Assembly: GCA_028534125.1 (NCBI GenBank)
Contig: CM052817.1
Span: 34,722,001-34,786,000, forward strand
Direction: 5' to 3'
Origin: Lama glama
Lineage: Eukaryota
Length of the DNA: 64,000 nt
In this document: in pieces, positions 12,045 to 24,903 of the stretch
Numbering within the stretch: the stretch's first letter is position 1
Layout: every line of letters begins with the position of its first letter
Made by a program: the position numbers and the translations under genes
Notes under the pieces: generated by a model
Told to the model about the DNA's origin: nothing
The model's input: the letters and a program-made list of their open reading frames with translations, nothing else
Databases searched by the model: none

Positions 12045-13920
12045 TATTTTAATGAATATGTAATTTGCATACAATAAAATGTACAGATCATAAGTGTCCA
12101 GTATGACCAGTTTTAATAACTGTATCCCCTTTAACAATTTGAGTAATCACCACCTAAAGCAAGATACAGATGTAGAAAGTTTCCATCAACCCGGAAAGTT
12201 TCCTCCTGTTCCTTTCCAGTCAATAACCCCCAATTCTTAACTCAGAGCAACCAATGTCTAGCTTCTAGAACCATAGATCAATTTTGCCTATTCTTGGAAC
12301 TCATATAACAAGAATCATACAGTAACACGTTCTTTTGTATCTGGCTTCTTTTACTTATCATTACACATCATTAAATTCACTCATTGTAACTGTACAATTG
12401 AATGACTTTTAGTAAGTTTACCGAGATGTGCAACTATCATATAATCCAGTTTTAGAATATTTTTATCACCCTAATAAGATCCCTCATGCTCATTTTGAAG
12501 TCCCACACCCAACCCAGGCAACTACTAATTTATTTTCTATCTCCACACATTTGCCTTTTCTAGACAACTCATATGAACTGAATCATGCAATATGTGGTCT
12601 TTTGTGTCTGGTTTCTTTCACTTAGCATAATGTTTTGAAGTTCATCCATGTTGTAGCATGGATCTTTATTTCATTGCTTTTAATTGGCTGAATAATATTC
12701 CATTGTACAGATATACTACATTTTACTTATCCATTCATCTGCTGATGAGCATTCGGGTTGTTTCTAATTTGGGGCTAGCATGAAAATGCTGCTATGAACA
12801 CTCATATGTGAGTCTTTGTCCTCACATATGTTTTCATTTCTCTGGTGTAGATAAGTAGGAGGTGAATAGCTGGGTCATATGGTACATTTATGTTTAACTT
12901 TTAAAGAAGCTGTCAGACTATTTCCCAAAGTGACTACGTCATTTTACATTCCCACCAGCAATGCATAAATAAGAGTGTTAGTTTTTCCATACTCTTGCCA
13001 ACATCTGTTATTGTCTTTTTGATTACAGCCATTCTAATGGGTATATATCAAAATAATATTTTTGAGATCTATACATGTTGTTGCATGTATTAGTATTTAA
13101 TTTCTATTTGTTGCTCAGTAGCATTTCATTGTATAAATATTGTTTGCAAAAAACTGTTCACAGACACTTGGGTGCTTTCCAGCTTGGGACATATGAATAA
13201 AACATTATAAACATTCTTGCACAAGTCTTTCTGTGCACTCATATAGTCTTCAACTTACGATGGGGTTACTTTCTGATAAAATCATTATATGAAAATGTCA
13301 TTAACTTGAAGATGCATTTAATACATCTAACTTATCAAACATCATAGCTTAGCTTAACCCGTCTTAAACAGGCTCAGAACAGTTACATTAGCCTATGGTT
13401 GGGCAAAATCACCTAGCACAAAGCCTATTTTATAATAAATTGTTCAATATCTCATGTAATTTATTGAATACTGTACTAAAAGTGAAAAACAAAATGACTG
13501 TCTGGGTACAGAGTGGTTTTAGTGTATCAGCTGTTTACACTCATGATTGCATGGCTGACTGGGAGCTGTGGCTTGCTGCTTGGCTCCCCATCATGAGAGA
13601 ATATCATATCACATATTGTTAGCCTGGGAAACACCAAAATTCAAAATTCCAAGTATGGTTTCTACTGAATGCATATCACTTTCATACCACTATAAAGCTG
13701 AAAAATCATAAGCTAGGGACCCTCTGTATATGTTTTTGTTTCTTTGGGGGTAAATTCCTATGAGTGAAATTGCTAGGTGATAGTGTAGATGTATATTTAA
13801 CTTTATAACAAACTGCAAAGTAATTGCGCTATTTTACAGTCCCAACATCAGTGTATGAGAGTTCCAGTTGCTCCACATGCTCACCAAATTTTGGTATCAA
13901 TCTTTTTAATTTTTGCTTTC
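12045..13920 (-). mobile_element. Old L1 with a second old L1 (about 12361-13045) and a DNA transposon nested inside
   Basis: Two successive antisense L1 3' ends. The outer copy resumes at about 13046 and again at 13729. Confidence 0.75.
13244..13726. mobile_element. MER47/Tigger5-family non-autonomous Tc1-mariner element
   Basis: Starts cttcaacttacgatggggttac, internal catcatagcttagc...ttgggcaaaatca, ends ggggaccnnctg-like gggaccctctg followed by TA. Confidence 0.85.
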
Positions 13921-16448
13921 CTCTTTAAGGTCACGATGGCATTGGGGTTATTTTCATATGTGAGTCTTTATATTTTAGGATAATGCTGAAATTTTTACAA
14001 ATGAAATTCAATGTTATTTGGAATTTGATTCATAATAATCCTGTTGGAGAGGGTCAGGGAGTGAGATTGAGTTAGATGGAACAAGAGCTGATGGTTTTGC
14101 AGCTGGGGGATGAATGCCTTATTGAAACCTCTCTAATTCTGTGTGTTTGAAATATTCCTAAAAAATGTTTAAAACATTAAAAGAAAAAGTATATGTATAC
14201 ATTAAAAAATGAACCAAGTATTTAAACTGTTGAACCAGCCACAATATTTCATTATGGAACATCTACAATTTGTTTCTTAGGTATTAGCAAATAACTGCCT
14301 CAGATTACTAAAAACTAATAGAGCATCCGTGCCTATACACAATTTCTTCCTAAAAACTACCCTTCTTGTATAAAAGAATATCATTTCTACATTCAGTATT
14401 AGGGACAGCCCTATTGCCCTACGATTTATTATCTCAGAGAGAAACAAGTCTTAATAATGAGGAAATGTTACTATTTAGAGCTTTTCTGACTAACATGGAT
14501 GATTTTGACACAGACTAATTCTTGTGAAATCTTGATGGCATCAGTTGTACCATGTAAGAAAAATCTATTGGAGAGAAAATAGAAGATTCATAAATAACTT
14601 TTTTTCTCTAAGCACTTTGGTTATCCCAGGAGCATGGAAGACTATTTAAAGTCATTACAATCAAATTTTATTAAAACATTAGCATTGTTTTCAATAACTT
14701 AAGGAGATTAAGTTGTCTGATAACTTGCCCAGGTGATAGATGAATAAATGAAAAAGAAAATTATCTTCAGATATAGACTTCTAATGTATTATTTTGTTAT
14801 TTCTTAGAAGTTAGTTTTTATATTTTTAGTGATATCAAAAGTGCCAAACATTAGCATTCTCATTTACAATGGTTACCATTTTTTAAAACACAGTAAGAAA
14901 ACCCCAAAAAGGACACCATCTAGACTCAATCACACAAGATAACTGATTGCTCTTACGCCAAAGGTCAGCTCAGAGAATACAGCTCCTTCTAAACATCATC
15001 CCTAAGAATTATTAATATTCTCTTGGAACAGAGACGAAAAGTCTCTCATTGCCTGTCCGTGGCTTTGACAGCCAGACTTTCATTTCTAAGCACACATAGC
15101 ACTTATTTAAAACTTACAAAGATACCAAGTGGATAACATCTCTTTTCTTCTCCAAGGTTTGATTGATGATTTCATTCTGTGACTTTCTACTGTGAGGATA
15201 TGATTTCGTGAGAGTCCATTTAATTTCCCAAGATAGAACTGAAGTGTTACTTTTTTTGTTATTAATTGTGAAATCTTAAAATTCACTTGACTCACTTTTG
15301 AGTCTTATATACCAAAAAATGACACACTGAAGGCATTCTGAATTATTTAACTTTATCCTGTACAGCTCTAAATTCATGAACCAAACTTAAGCTCAGCTGG
15401 ATTGTAAGTGATTATGGTAAATGTAAATGATTCTAGACAGCCCCTAAATCCCATATATCCCCAAATGAAGGATTCTTAAACATCAAAAAAGTGCTTGAAA
15501 ATTACATTCCTGTCACACATTATATTAAAAATAACATCAGTAGAATGTCTATTTCCAAATGCCTTTTATGTACAGGAATACAAGGAACAGGAAAGTGACA
15601 ATTAAAGTTTCTAAAATTTGTTTTATGAACCAACTTTCTGCAGGTTTAAGTATTTAAAGTTCCCTTGCTTTGGAAGCCATTATCTAAGATGTATTTACTA
15701 TTTTTCCTCAATTTCTTGGAGATATTTCCTGAAGTTCAAATTACTGAGTTATTCAATATAAATAATTACTGTTTTCAACGTTTTCTGCACACATTTTTCT
15801 TCAAGTAGAGAGCTTCAAAAAGCACTTTGTTTCATGATATAAAAAGTCCAAGCTAAGCCTGATATTTTATTTTTGTATTTGGATATTTCTTGTGGATGTA
15901 TCATGCTCAAGGCAAGACTTAGCTGCACATGAAGAACAAAGTGTGTCTCCATGTAACTGGCTGAGATTCTGTATTTGAGGTCTTCAAACAAACTAGCAAC
16001 AGTCATTCTTGTTCCAAGAGCCTTTTGAATAATCACTTCGTCTGAGCTCCACCATCTAGACTTTCCTATGACTTGCGAGCAGTGAGAGTATAGCTAGTAG
16101 ATAAGCAACTGGGTTCAGTAACAATATACCAAATTTTGTGAGAGAATTTATATTATCCAGAGATATTCACAAGCTTGTAGTTTCACAAGCTCTCAAGATA
16201 TACCTTGTGGGAGGGTCAAGGGTCCACAGATTTACTATACACATTTTATAGATAAGAAAAATTAAGCTGAGGGTAGGTAAATGGCTTTCTTAAGTCTGAT
16301 TCACACCCAAATCTGTCTAACAAGAAAGCCTATTTCCTTCCACCATGAGCAGGGCCTTCTAAGCACTGATGCTGAGCAAACATTCTGGGTACAAGTGATA
16401 TTTGCCCTTTTGAATCCAAGTGAGAGCTATAAAATGATAATAATAATA

Positions 16449-16790
16449 GAGTCCACAAACCCATAATGGCAATTTTTAAGCCTCAAAAGCCCAAACTAGG
16501 TTTCATAACTCATTTGGTGGTAAAATCTGACATGATCTGAATTAATTTGATGGCAAAACTTGGCCTGAGTATGACTACTCACAGCTCTTATTTATACCAT
16601 TTGCTTTGAATATTCAACATTTTGCAACATAGACATTTATTTGTTCATTACAGGATTCTTCCCTAGACCAAATGAGAGTTGTTTTATAATACACAGTAAA
16701 TATATGGTATTATTTTTCAAAAGCCAAAAAAATTCTGAATTCTGACCCACATCTAGCTCCACAAGTTTTAGACAAGGAATTACAGACCTG
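16449..16790. mobile_element. Old Tigger-type MITE (Tigger16-like)
   Basis: Degenerate terminal inverted repeats gtccacaaacccataa / acaaggaattacagacctg. Internal catttggtggtaaaatctgac. Confidence 0.6.
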
Positions 16791-18624
16791 CATAACAACA
16801 ATAACAGTGACAGTGAAAGCTGAGCTCTATAGTCATCTTTATGTCTTTTATAAAATAATTTTATATATATTTTTTATTGCATTTGTCATCATAATGTTAA
16901 CACTTTCTAATTTCTTTGAATAGGTTTGCCCTGATTATCTATTTAGAGGGAAGAAAAAAAAACATGACTAAACTCTTGACTTCACGAAGTCTTTTGGTCA
17001 AATGCATACCTGACATCAAACTTTTACCTTCTTAAAATGGAAATTAATTCAAATCAGAAATAGAGGATACTGCTGTGTGTGTATGTGTGTGTGTGTGTGT
17101 TTCTTTTTCTAAACTTTTCTTAAATATAAGCCTCTCTGGTAATTTTATTTAAAGAGGGATGGCATTACATTTTTATTTAGTTGTCTTAATATAATTTGAC
17201 CACTGTAATAAGTTAAGGGCTTTACTGACCAGTGTTGTGAAATAGGATTCCAGTAGATATTAAGTAAATGACAGGATATAATTCTCATACAAGCATAAAA
17301 AAATTTCTTTGTCTCATAAATTATGGATGATCAGTCGTACATATTTAATCAAGATATTACTTTACTCTCTAGAAAATTTTAAATTTAAATCAAGTTTTCA
17401 AATATCAGCTGTTTTCCAGATCAGTACTTTTCAATCTTCTTTTTCTGCCTCAAAACACACAGGGATACAGCATATTCCCTTCAGTAACAGCAGTTCACAA
17501 AGTAAATTATTACTTACACAACCAGCAACCATTCCCATGCCTGGAGTACAACAGAGCCAGACAGTGAATCAGTTTGGATTTTAATAACCATCCAACACAT
17601 TCCATGTATTTCCTTTAAATGCTCCAGAAGCTCACTTCTTATAGTTTGCACTTTGCTGGCTTAGTTTGCAGGCCTAGGGGGAGGGGAATCTAGAATGGAG
17701 GATAGAGGAGGTAGACAATAAGTATCAGCTACAGCCTGGAGGCAATTTGCACTAGTACGGACTGTAACTTGTTCCATTAACTGTCCTGAATTGAGTCTTT
17801 CATAGAAATTGTGGCCAGCCACCATCTTGAGGGCTCTGGATTGGACTTAATGTAGGGCCAAGCCTCAAACATAAAGATACTGTTTTCAGGCAGGATATCC
17901 TAAGGGATAAGAGGTTATCTCCTAGGAGGTAGCCAAGGTCCAGTCCCATAGAGACAGGCTTTCTTTGGAATGTACAGGTTTTGGGCAACCCAGACCTGCT
18001 TCTACTGCACACATGTATTGGTCTTATCTTCCTAACTAGAGCATAAGGTCCTCAAAGAAAAGGATCACACATTTATACAGTTTTATCTCAAGTGAATACA
18101 TACTTGGTTGTCCCCTTGTCACAGCAAAACAGCATTCCAAAATTTCTGAACTTAGTTTTCTCCCAAGAACATGTTTCAGTATTACATTTTGAAAAATACT
18201 CTGGAATTGCTTAAAAAAATGGTTTAACATCCATGCTGATTGCATGCAATTATTATTCACCTCTATGAAAAGCTCAAGGATCCCCATTCTTGTTGACTCT
18301 CTACTTCAAATCTGGTCAAGGTCAAGGATAAGTTTATTTTATTGTATCATAGTGCCCAGGAGGAATTTCACTGCTAACACAGAGGAGTGAGAAGTCCAGA
18401 TTTTCCCAGAATCATCTCTTTCTGACACCTTCCTTTTTGGTTCTCTTCCATAAACTCCAACTAATCAAATGAGAATATCTGGAGTTGGGGACCAAGATCC
18501 CAGGTGATTATAATGTGGAGCTAGGGGTGAGAACTAGTTATGTAAAAGGCCAAGATTCAGGTGAGGGCTCAGGCAAGCAGGTGCAGAAGAATCCTTTTGA
18601 CCTACTTAGACTGGTTCCAGCTTA

Positions 18625-18790
18625 GACTTCACTAAGAAGGTGGTCCATGGATCAGCAGCATTGACTCTACCTGGGAACTTGTTAGCAATGTAGAAACTCA
18701 GGCCCTACCCAGTTAGATTGACTCAGAACCTGCATTTTAACAAAATGGTTAGGTGATTTATTTGCATATTAAAATTTAAGAAGTGGTGAC
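18625..18790. mobile_element. MER5A (hAT-Charlie MITE)
   Basis: gtggtccatggatcagcagcattgactctacctgggaacttgttagcaatgtaga...ctgcattttaacaa. Confidence 0.8.
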
Positions 18791-19344
18791 CTAGGCAATA
18801 GGACTCCTCCTTATACTCCAGGGCTCCATATTGGAATTAGAGACCAAATCTCTAGCTGACCAAGTAGTCCTTGGTCTGGCACATTACTCTCTTCTAGATA
18901 GTTGGTGAAGGATGGAATCAGGTTTCTGCCATTTCCATCTCACTCAGTCTATCATCTTAACTCTACTTACAGTTATTTGCAGAGGGTAAAGAGAAGAATG
19001 AAGAGATGCCAGAATTTATCCCATCAATGATACCAGATTACATAATAAGGAGATAGATTAACAGTGGGTTTTCACTATACTCAAGGGGCTTATTTTACAA
19101 AGTAAAGATAATCAAGTTTCAGGGAATTGGTTAAAAATCTTCTGTGACTTTTACCCTTGGGCACTAAGCTACTAACTGGCAGTCCTATGCCAGGCCTAGA
19201 CCTTACTTAAAGGAATTTCAGACAAAACCATCTAACTCACATTCTCTGAGCTGACTGGCCTTATCTCTGGATCATTCTGTCAGCAGCAGCCTTAGAGGAA
19301 GACTTGAGATTTTAAGATAATGGCTTACAAATCTCAGACCTTGA

Positions 19345-19545
19345 TAATGACAGTAATGAATCTTTTTGAGTGCTTGTTATATGCAAAGCACTGTTCTGAG
19401 AGCCTCAAAAATATTAATTCATTTAATCTTCACAACTGTTTGAAATACTACTATTACTTTTATACAGGTGGGGAAACTGAGGTACAGAGAAGTTATGAAA
19501 AGGGTAAAGCAAGATTCAAACAGAGGCAGCCTGATACCTCCAACA
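19345..19545 (-). mobile_element. MIR SINE
   Basis: ttgagtgcttgttatatgcaaagcactg...atttaatcttcacaac...gaaactgaggtacagagaagtta. Confidence 0.8.
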
Positions 19546-19704
19546 CCAGGCAGCAAACTTCACTACACATGGAGAATCGATGCAGTAAAAGGGGAGGAGA
19601 CAACTGACTCTCTCTTTCACTCATCTGGGAAGCATTTTTAAGTTCTACAATTAGATAGGTTCAGCCTTCAAAACCTTCCCTCAGTTATGTTTTTATCTCC
19701 CCAG

Positions 19705-19870
19705 TGCAATGCCTTTCAAATTAATAGGCATATGAATGAGTCAGGGAACTTTTTTAAAATGCAGATTCTGACTCAGACTATCTAGAGTAGGGCCCAAGAT
19801 TCAGCAGTCTAACAAGCTCCCAGGTAATGTCAATGGTGCTGGTTAAGGGTTCACACTTTGAGTAGGAAGA
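19705..19870. mobile_element. MER5A/B MITE (opposite orientation to the 18625 copy)
   Basis: aaaatgcagattctgactcag...ctaacaagctcccaggtaatg...cacactttgagtag. Confidence 0.75.
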
Positions 19871-21714
19871 CCATAGGATACATAAAGATTTTTTTAATGC
19901 ATAAACTCACAGTCTCACCACTTGTTAAACAGATTTTGTAATAAGCGTTTTACTCTGAACATCTGTGAGGCCTCTCCTATCTAATTGTTTATAGGACTTA
20001 GAAATGCTCTCCAGAGGGGCAACGGGTCAGATGGTTTCTGATGCTATGTGGTGAAAAGCTGAATATTCTTTATTCTTGTAATTTGGTATCACTGGTATGT
20101 TTAGGATGAAGGTATTCTAAAGTATGTTTCTTATCTCACTGATGATAATAGTGGCTAATGTTATTTCCTTAGTTGATACTTAACCTGCTTAATGCTTCAG
20201 ATTTTACCTAATATAAGAAACACATTAACCAAATGGATAGTAAAGAGCAGTAATTTAATTTCTAGGCTGTAGACACAAGTGAATTCTCTTTTATTGCATT
20301 CTGTCATAGCAAAACAAACAAAAAATGTTTTATATATACTATTTTGAAAAGATGCTGAAGTCTGGATTTAAAAAGTGAACTACAGAATGTACACCAAAAT
20401 ATCACTTATTGCCTACATGGCACAAGGGAGCACAAATTGCAAAATGATATCTCACACCTATCCTTTAAAATGTTAAATTTGGCAAATGTCAAAGTTATTT
20501 TTATAATGTGATGTATTTTTTTTAAGTGAACAGGTTTCAGACCAGCATATATAATTGGATGTCAATAGTACACACACACAAAAGAAAGAGACAAGAATAT
20601 GTAGTGAGATTATCAATAGTTATATATGGGCACAATCAAGGGCAGATAGTCCTCTCTCACTATTTTAAAGAAACCAGAAAATGGCCCAGAAGTTCCTTGT
20701 GAACATGAAACTTCTTAAGACTCAAGTTCATCATGTTTTATTAAGAAAGTTGAGTTCTTCCTCTTCTGTTTGCCTCAGGGTGGAACTCAGTGAAAAGGAC
20801 AAACATCAGGAAGGATACATAGAAGCAAGCAGCATGGTCATGCAATGCTTTTCTGAAAAAGTTCCAATTAGCTTAAACTATAAATATAAAAATTAAATCA
20901 CAATATCAATACACCTCTCTCTTTCTAGACCTCATTTGTTTCCAGAAATTTGGAAGTTGATTTCTAATCCAAAATTATCATGGAGCCTAAAGCCCACATT
21001 CATAATTCTGAGTCTGCAATTTCATAAGCTGTCTGTATAAGAAACTTAATTACTTTTTACTCCACATTCCCCACTATCCATCAAGATGCCATAGCTGATT
21101 CAACTGGGGCATTAGGAACAGGAACTTAAAGCTTCAGGAGTAAGGTCCTTCCAGAAGGAAGCTCGGCAGCCCTTTTCACAGACAATCGAAGCTGTGTGAA
21201 TCTTCTCCCTGGGCTGGGCCACTCCTTATTTGCTTACTGGAGTCTCTACAGACAGCTCCATAGAGAGCAGAGCAGAGCTTTTTTGGAGTCAGGCGCATCA
21301 GACAGATACTGCTTCTCATCTTGATCATGGAACTCACTGCCAGTTTTATTTTTTGTTTTGTTTTATTTTGTTTTTCCTCCTGGATTCTAAGATCTAAAAC
21401 ACTGCTCAGGTGCCTTGGCAGCTGAACAACGTATCCTAACTCCTTCAGCACCTCCACTAAAGGACAGCTCCCCACAGTGTCTGGTTTATATTGAACGGCT
21501 TTTTCAGTGGACAAAAATTCTTACAGCTGTATAAGGGAAGTAAGGCTATGCGATATTGCACCATATCAACCTCCTACCTGCCCTTCAACTAGGGCAAGTG
21601 CCTGCCAGGAATACTGTTCAGTAATGTATGAACTCAGATGTAAGGGAACTTAGGCAAAATCATAGATTCCCATTTATATGAACTCGTCTCAGAGCAGAGG
21701 AGCACATATAATAA

Positions 21715-21980
21715 GAACAATAGCATTTACCCAGCACCTGCTACCTGCTATGTACCAGACACTGTTATAAGAAGTTTACACAAATAAACTTATTTAAGTA
21801 ACTATTCTGCAAGGCAGCTACAGAAAATATCGTCACAAAATAATATCTTCTTAATATAAAATATAATGTTATCTCCATTGTGTAGATGAAGAATCTATAG
21901 GTTGTGACTTAATAATTGAGTATATGTAAGCACTAAAAACTGTGCCAGGCACACAGTACATTCAATAAATGTTAACTATT
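21715..21980. mobile_element. MIR remnants (minus copy 21715-21910, plus-strand 3' end 21915-21980)
   Basis: tagcatttacccagcacctgcta...ccattgtgtagatgaagaa, then tgtaagcact...gccaggcacacagtacattcaataaatgttaactatt. Confidence 0.65.
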
Positions 21981-23700
21981 CTTCACTAAAGAAAGTCTCA
22001 AACTACAAGGGAAGAGAGAAAGAAACAAGAAAGGAACAGAGAACTACAAAAACATTCAGAAAACATAGTAAAATGGCAGTAAGTACATACCAGTCAATAC
22101 TTAAAACGTAAATGGACAAAATTCTCCAATCAAAAATCACAGAGTGGCTGAAGAAATTAAAAAAAAAAAAAGACATCTATATGCTGCCTGCAAGAGACTC
22201 ACTTCAGAAGTAAAGACATACAGAGACTGAAAGTGAAGGGATGGAGGAAGATATTCCATGTAAATAGAAATAAAAACAGAACTGGTGTAGGTACATTCAT
22301 ATCAGACAAAAAAAAAGAATTTTAAAACAAAGACTGTAATAAAAGACAAAGGACATTATATAAGGATAAAGGGGTCAGTCCAGCAAGAAAATACAACATT
22401 TATAAATATATATGCACTCAACATAGGAACATGAAAGCATGTAAAGCAAATATTAATAGACTTAAAGGAAGAAATTGATAGCAATACAATAATAGCAGGG
22501 AACTGGGGGAGGGTATAGCTCAAGTGGTAGAGTGTATGCTTTGTACACACAAGGTCCTGGGTTCAATCCCGAGTACCCTCTCTAAAAAAATAAGTAAGTA
22601 AACCTAGTAACCTCCTCCCTCCAAAAATACTGAAAAATTAAAATTAAAAAAAAAATTTAAAAAATAGTATGGGACTTACATCAATAAACAGATCATCCAG
22701 ACAGAAAATCAGTGAGGAAACATCAGCCTTAAACAACACATTAGATCAAATGGACTTGATATATGCAGAACATTCCATCCAAAAGTAGCAGAATATACAT
22801 TCTTCTCAAGGGTACATGGAACATTCTGAAGGATAGGTATTATCAAAAAGACAAGAAATAGTAAGTTTTGGTGAGGATGTGGAACAAAGGGAACCCTCAT
22901 GCACTGTTGGTGGGAATGTAAATTGATGCAATCATTATGGAAAACAATATGGGGTTTCCTCAAAAAATGAAAAATATAACTACTATATGATACAGCAATA
23001 TCACTTCTGGGTATCTCTTTGAAGAAAAGAAAAATAGTAATTCAAAAAGATACATGCAATCCTATGTTCACTGCAACATGATTTACAACAGCCAAGATAT
23101 AAAAACAATCTAAGTGTCCATTGATGGCTGAATGAATAAAGAAAATGTGGTAGATAGATAGACAGTTGGTTACATAGATAGAAAGATAGATAGATAGAAG
23201 GAAGGAGGGAAGGAAGGAAAGACTAGTCAGCCATGAAAAAGAAAGATATCTTGCCATTTACAACAACATGAATAGAACTTGAGGGTATTATTCTAAGTGA
23301 ATAGGTCAGTCAGAGAAAGACAAATATCACATGTTTTCACTTACATGTGGAGTATAAAAAACAAAACAAAACAAAACAAACAAACCATAACCCAGAACCA
23401 TAGATACAGAACACAGATTGGTGGCTGCCAGAGTAGAGGGTAGTTGGGGGTCACAAAATGAGTTAAGGGGATAAAGAGGTACAAACTTCCTCTTTATAAA
23501 TAAATAAGTCATGGGGATGCAAATTACAACATGTGTAATACAGTCTATAATACTGTATTAACTTTGCATGCTGACAGATGGTAACTAGACTTATCATGGC
23601 AATTATTTTGCAATGTACACAAATGCTGGATCACTGTGCTGTATACCTGAAACTAATATAATATTGTATGTCAAATATACTTCAATAAAAAATATTTAAA
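21981..23700 (+). mobile_element. L1: inter-ORF spacer + ORF2 endonuclease region joined to ORF2 C-terminus and 3'UTR (internally deleted)
   Basis: ORF2 start atggcagtaag at 22073. Endonuclease motifs (tgctgcctgcaagagactcac = CCLQETH). Abrupt switch at about 22835 to tattatcaaaaagacaagaaat (C-terminal region). TSD aataaatgttaactatt (21964-21980) / aataaatgctagttatt (23701-23717). Confidence 0.88.
22505..22662 (+). mobile_element. Vic-1-like SINE inside the L1 endonuclease domain
   Basis: A box, B box and A-rich tail. TSD aatagcagggaact (22491-22504) / aatagtatgggact (22663-22676). Confidence 0.92.
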
Positions 23701-23869
23701 AATAAATGCTAGTTATTTTAATCACACAATTAGTAAGTGGTAGGGCTGATGTTCAAATAAAGGCACTCCACATGATTAACCACTCATTTTCTACTGTCCC
23801 ATCTACACAAACTGAGCTCTAAGAATAGCATTAAATATCCCATACTTACTCCACATACATCCGGAAACA

Positions 23870-24320
23870 AGATTTCTAATACAAAGATCTGATCATGTTA
23901 CCCAGCACTTGCAGGATGAGGCCATCTCTCCTCAGCATGACATTTAAGTTCTCTCACCATCTCATCCCAGTCACTGCTCCCCAACACCCTGTGTTCTAGC
24001 CCACTGTTCCCCTCACCATGACAGTATTCCTGGCTCATTCAAAACTCTTTTCCTTGCTCTCTCTCTCTGTGTTCGTTCTCCTCCTTTCAAAATGCTCTTT
24101 TCCAACTTCCCTACCTAATGCCCCCCATCAATAAAGCTTTCTCTGAAACCCCTCCTTCACCCCTAATCCCACCCTGCTGAACTGTTGCCTCACTGCTATT
24201 CTCCCACAGGAAGTTTCTCACACTTCCCCACAGCACTAACTACATGGCACTCAGGTCTCATGGTTTATATGTCAGCCTCTCTGACTGGATTGGGCACTCT
24301 TTTAGAGGAGGACCACAAGC
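23870..24320 (+). mobile_element. L2 fragment
   Basis: agatctgatcatgttaccc...ctcctcagcatgacatttaag...tctctgactggattgggcactct. Confidence 0.6.
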
Positions 24321-24437
24321 AGTGATTACCTGAAAAGCAATTATTATTAAGTACCAACCACTATGTCCATTACAGTTCACCAACCGTAACTTCTGGATTT
24401 GATTGGTCCTATGGCTGGGACGTTTCCTCTTCTCCAT

Positions 24438-24903
24438 TATCTCACGCCTCAGTTTGCCTCAGAAGCAAACCCTGAGACAAGGACTGAAATGAAAGCAGTT
24501 TATTTGTGAGGTGCAGAAAGCACTGGCAGGGATGAGGAAGTGGGACAGGGGAAAGGAGGAAGCAGTAAAGGGTGTGTTATCAAGCCAGTCATCACTGTGG
24601 GCAGCTAGAGCTTAGTGCTGCTAGAAACAAATGGTATATAATACACACCTGGAAATTATCCACCCTAGAGGAAGAGTTGTTGGATATTTGTGAACCAGGT
24701 CCCAAGAGTTCTTGGTTAAGAGTGGTCAGGGTTATTAATTCCCCATTCCTTCCTTCTAGCCTAGCCTTTATATCTGAGAGGAGCACAAGGCTCTGGAACA
24801 GGCATCGGGCAAAGAGACGCTGATACTGGCAGCTGGAAGGGGGCTAGTGCATGCGGGGGTGGCAAGGGAGGAATCTGGGTGAGGCACTGACAGCATCTGC
24901 CAG
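24438..24903 (-). mobile_element. LTR33-like solo LTR (ERVL)
   Basis: cctcagaagcaaaccctgagacaagg...gtttatttgtgagg...ttatcaagccagtcatcactgtgggcagct...ggcactgacagcatctgc. Confidence 0.75.

Noticed and set aside
15118..15238. Minus-strand exon candidate (LSWEIKWTLTKSYPHSRKSQNEIINQTLEKKRDVIHLVS)
   Set aside because: The donor gtaagt is present, but the acceptor lacks a pyrimidine tract (A-run upstream) and I do not recognise the peptide.
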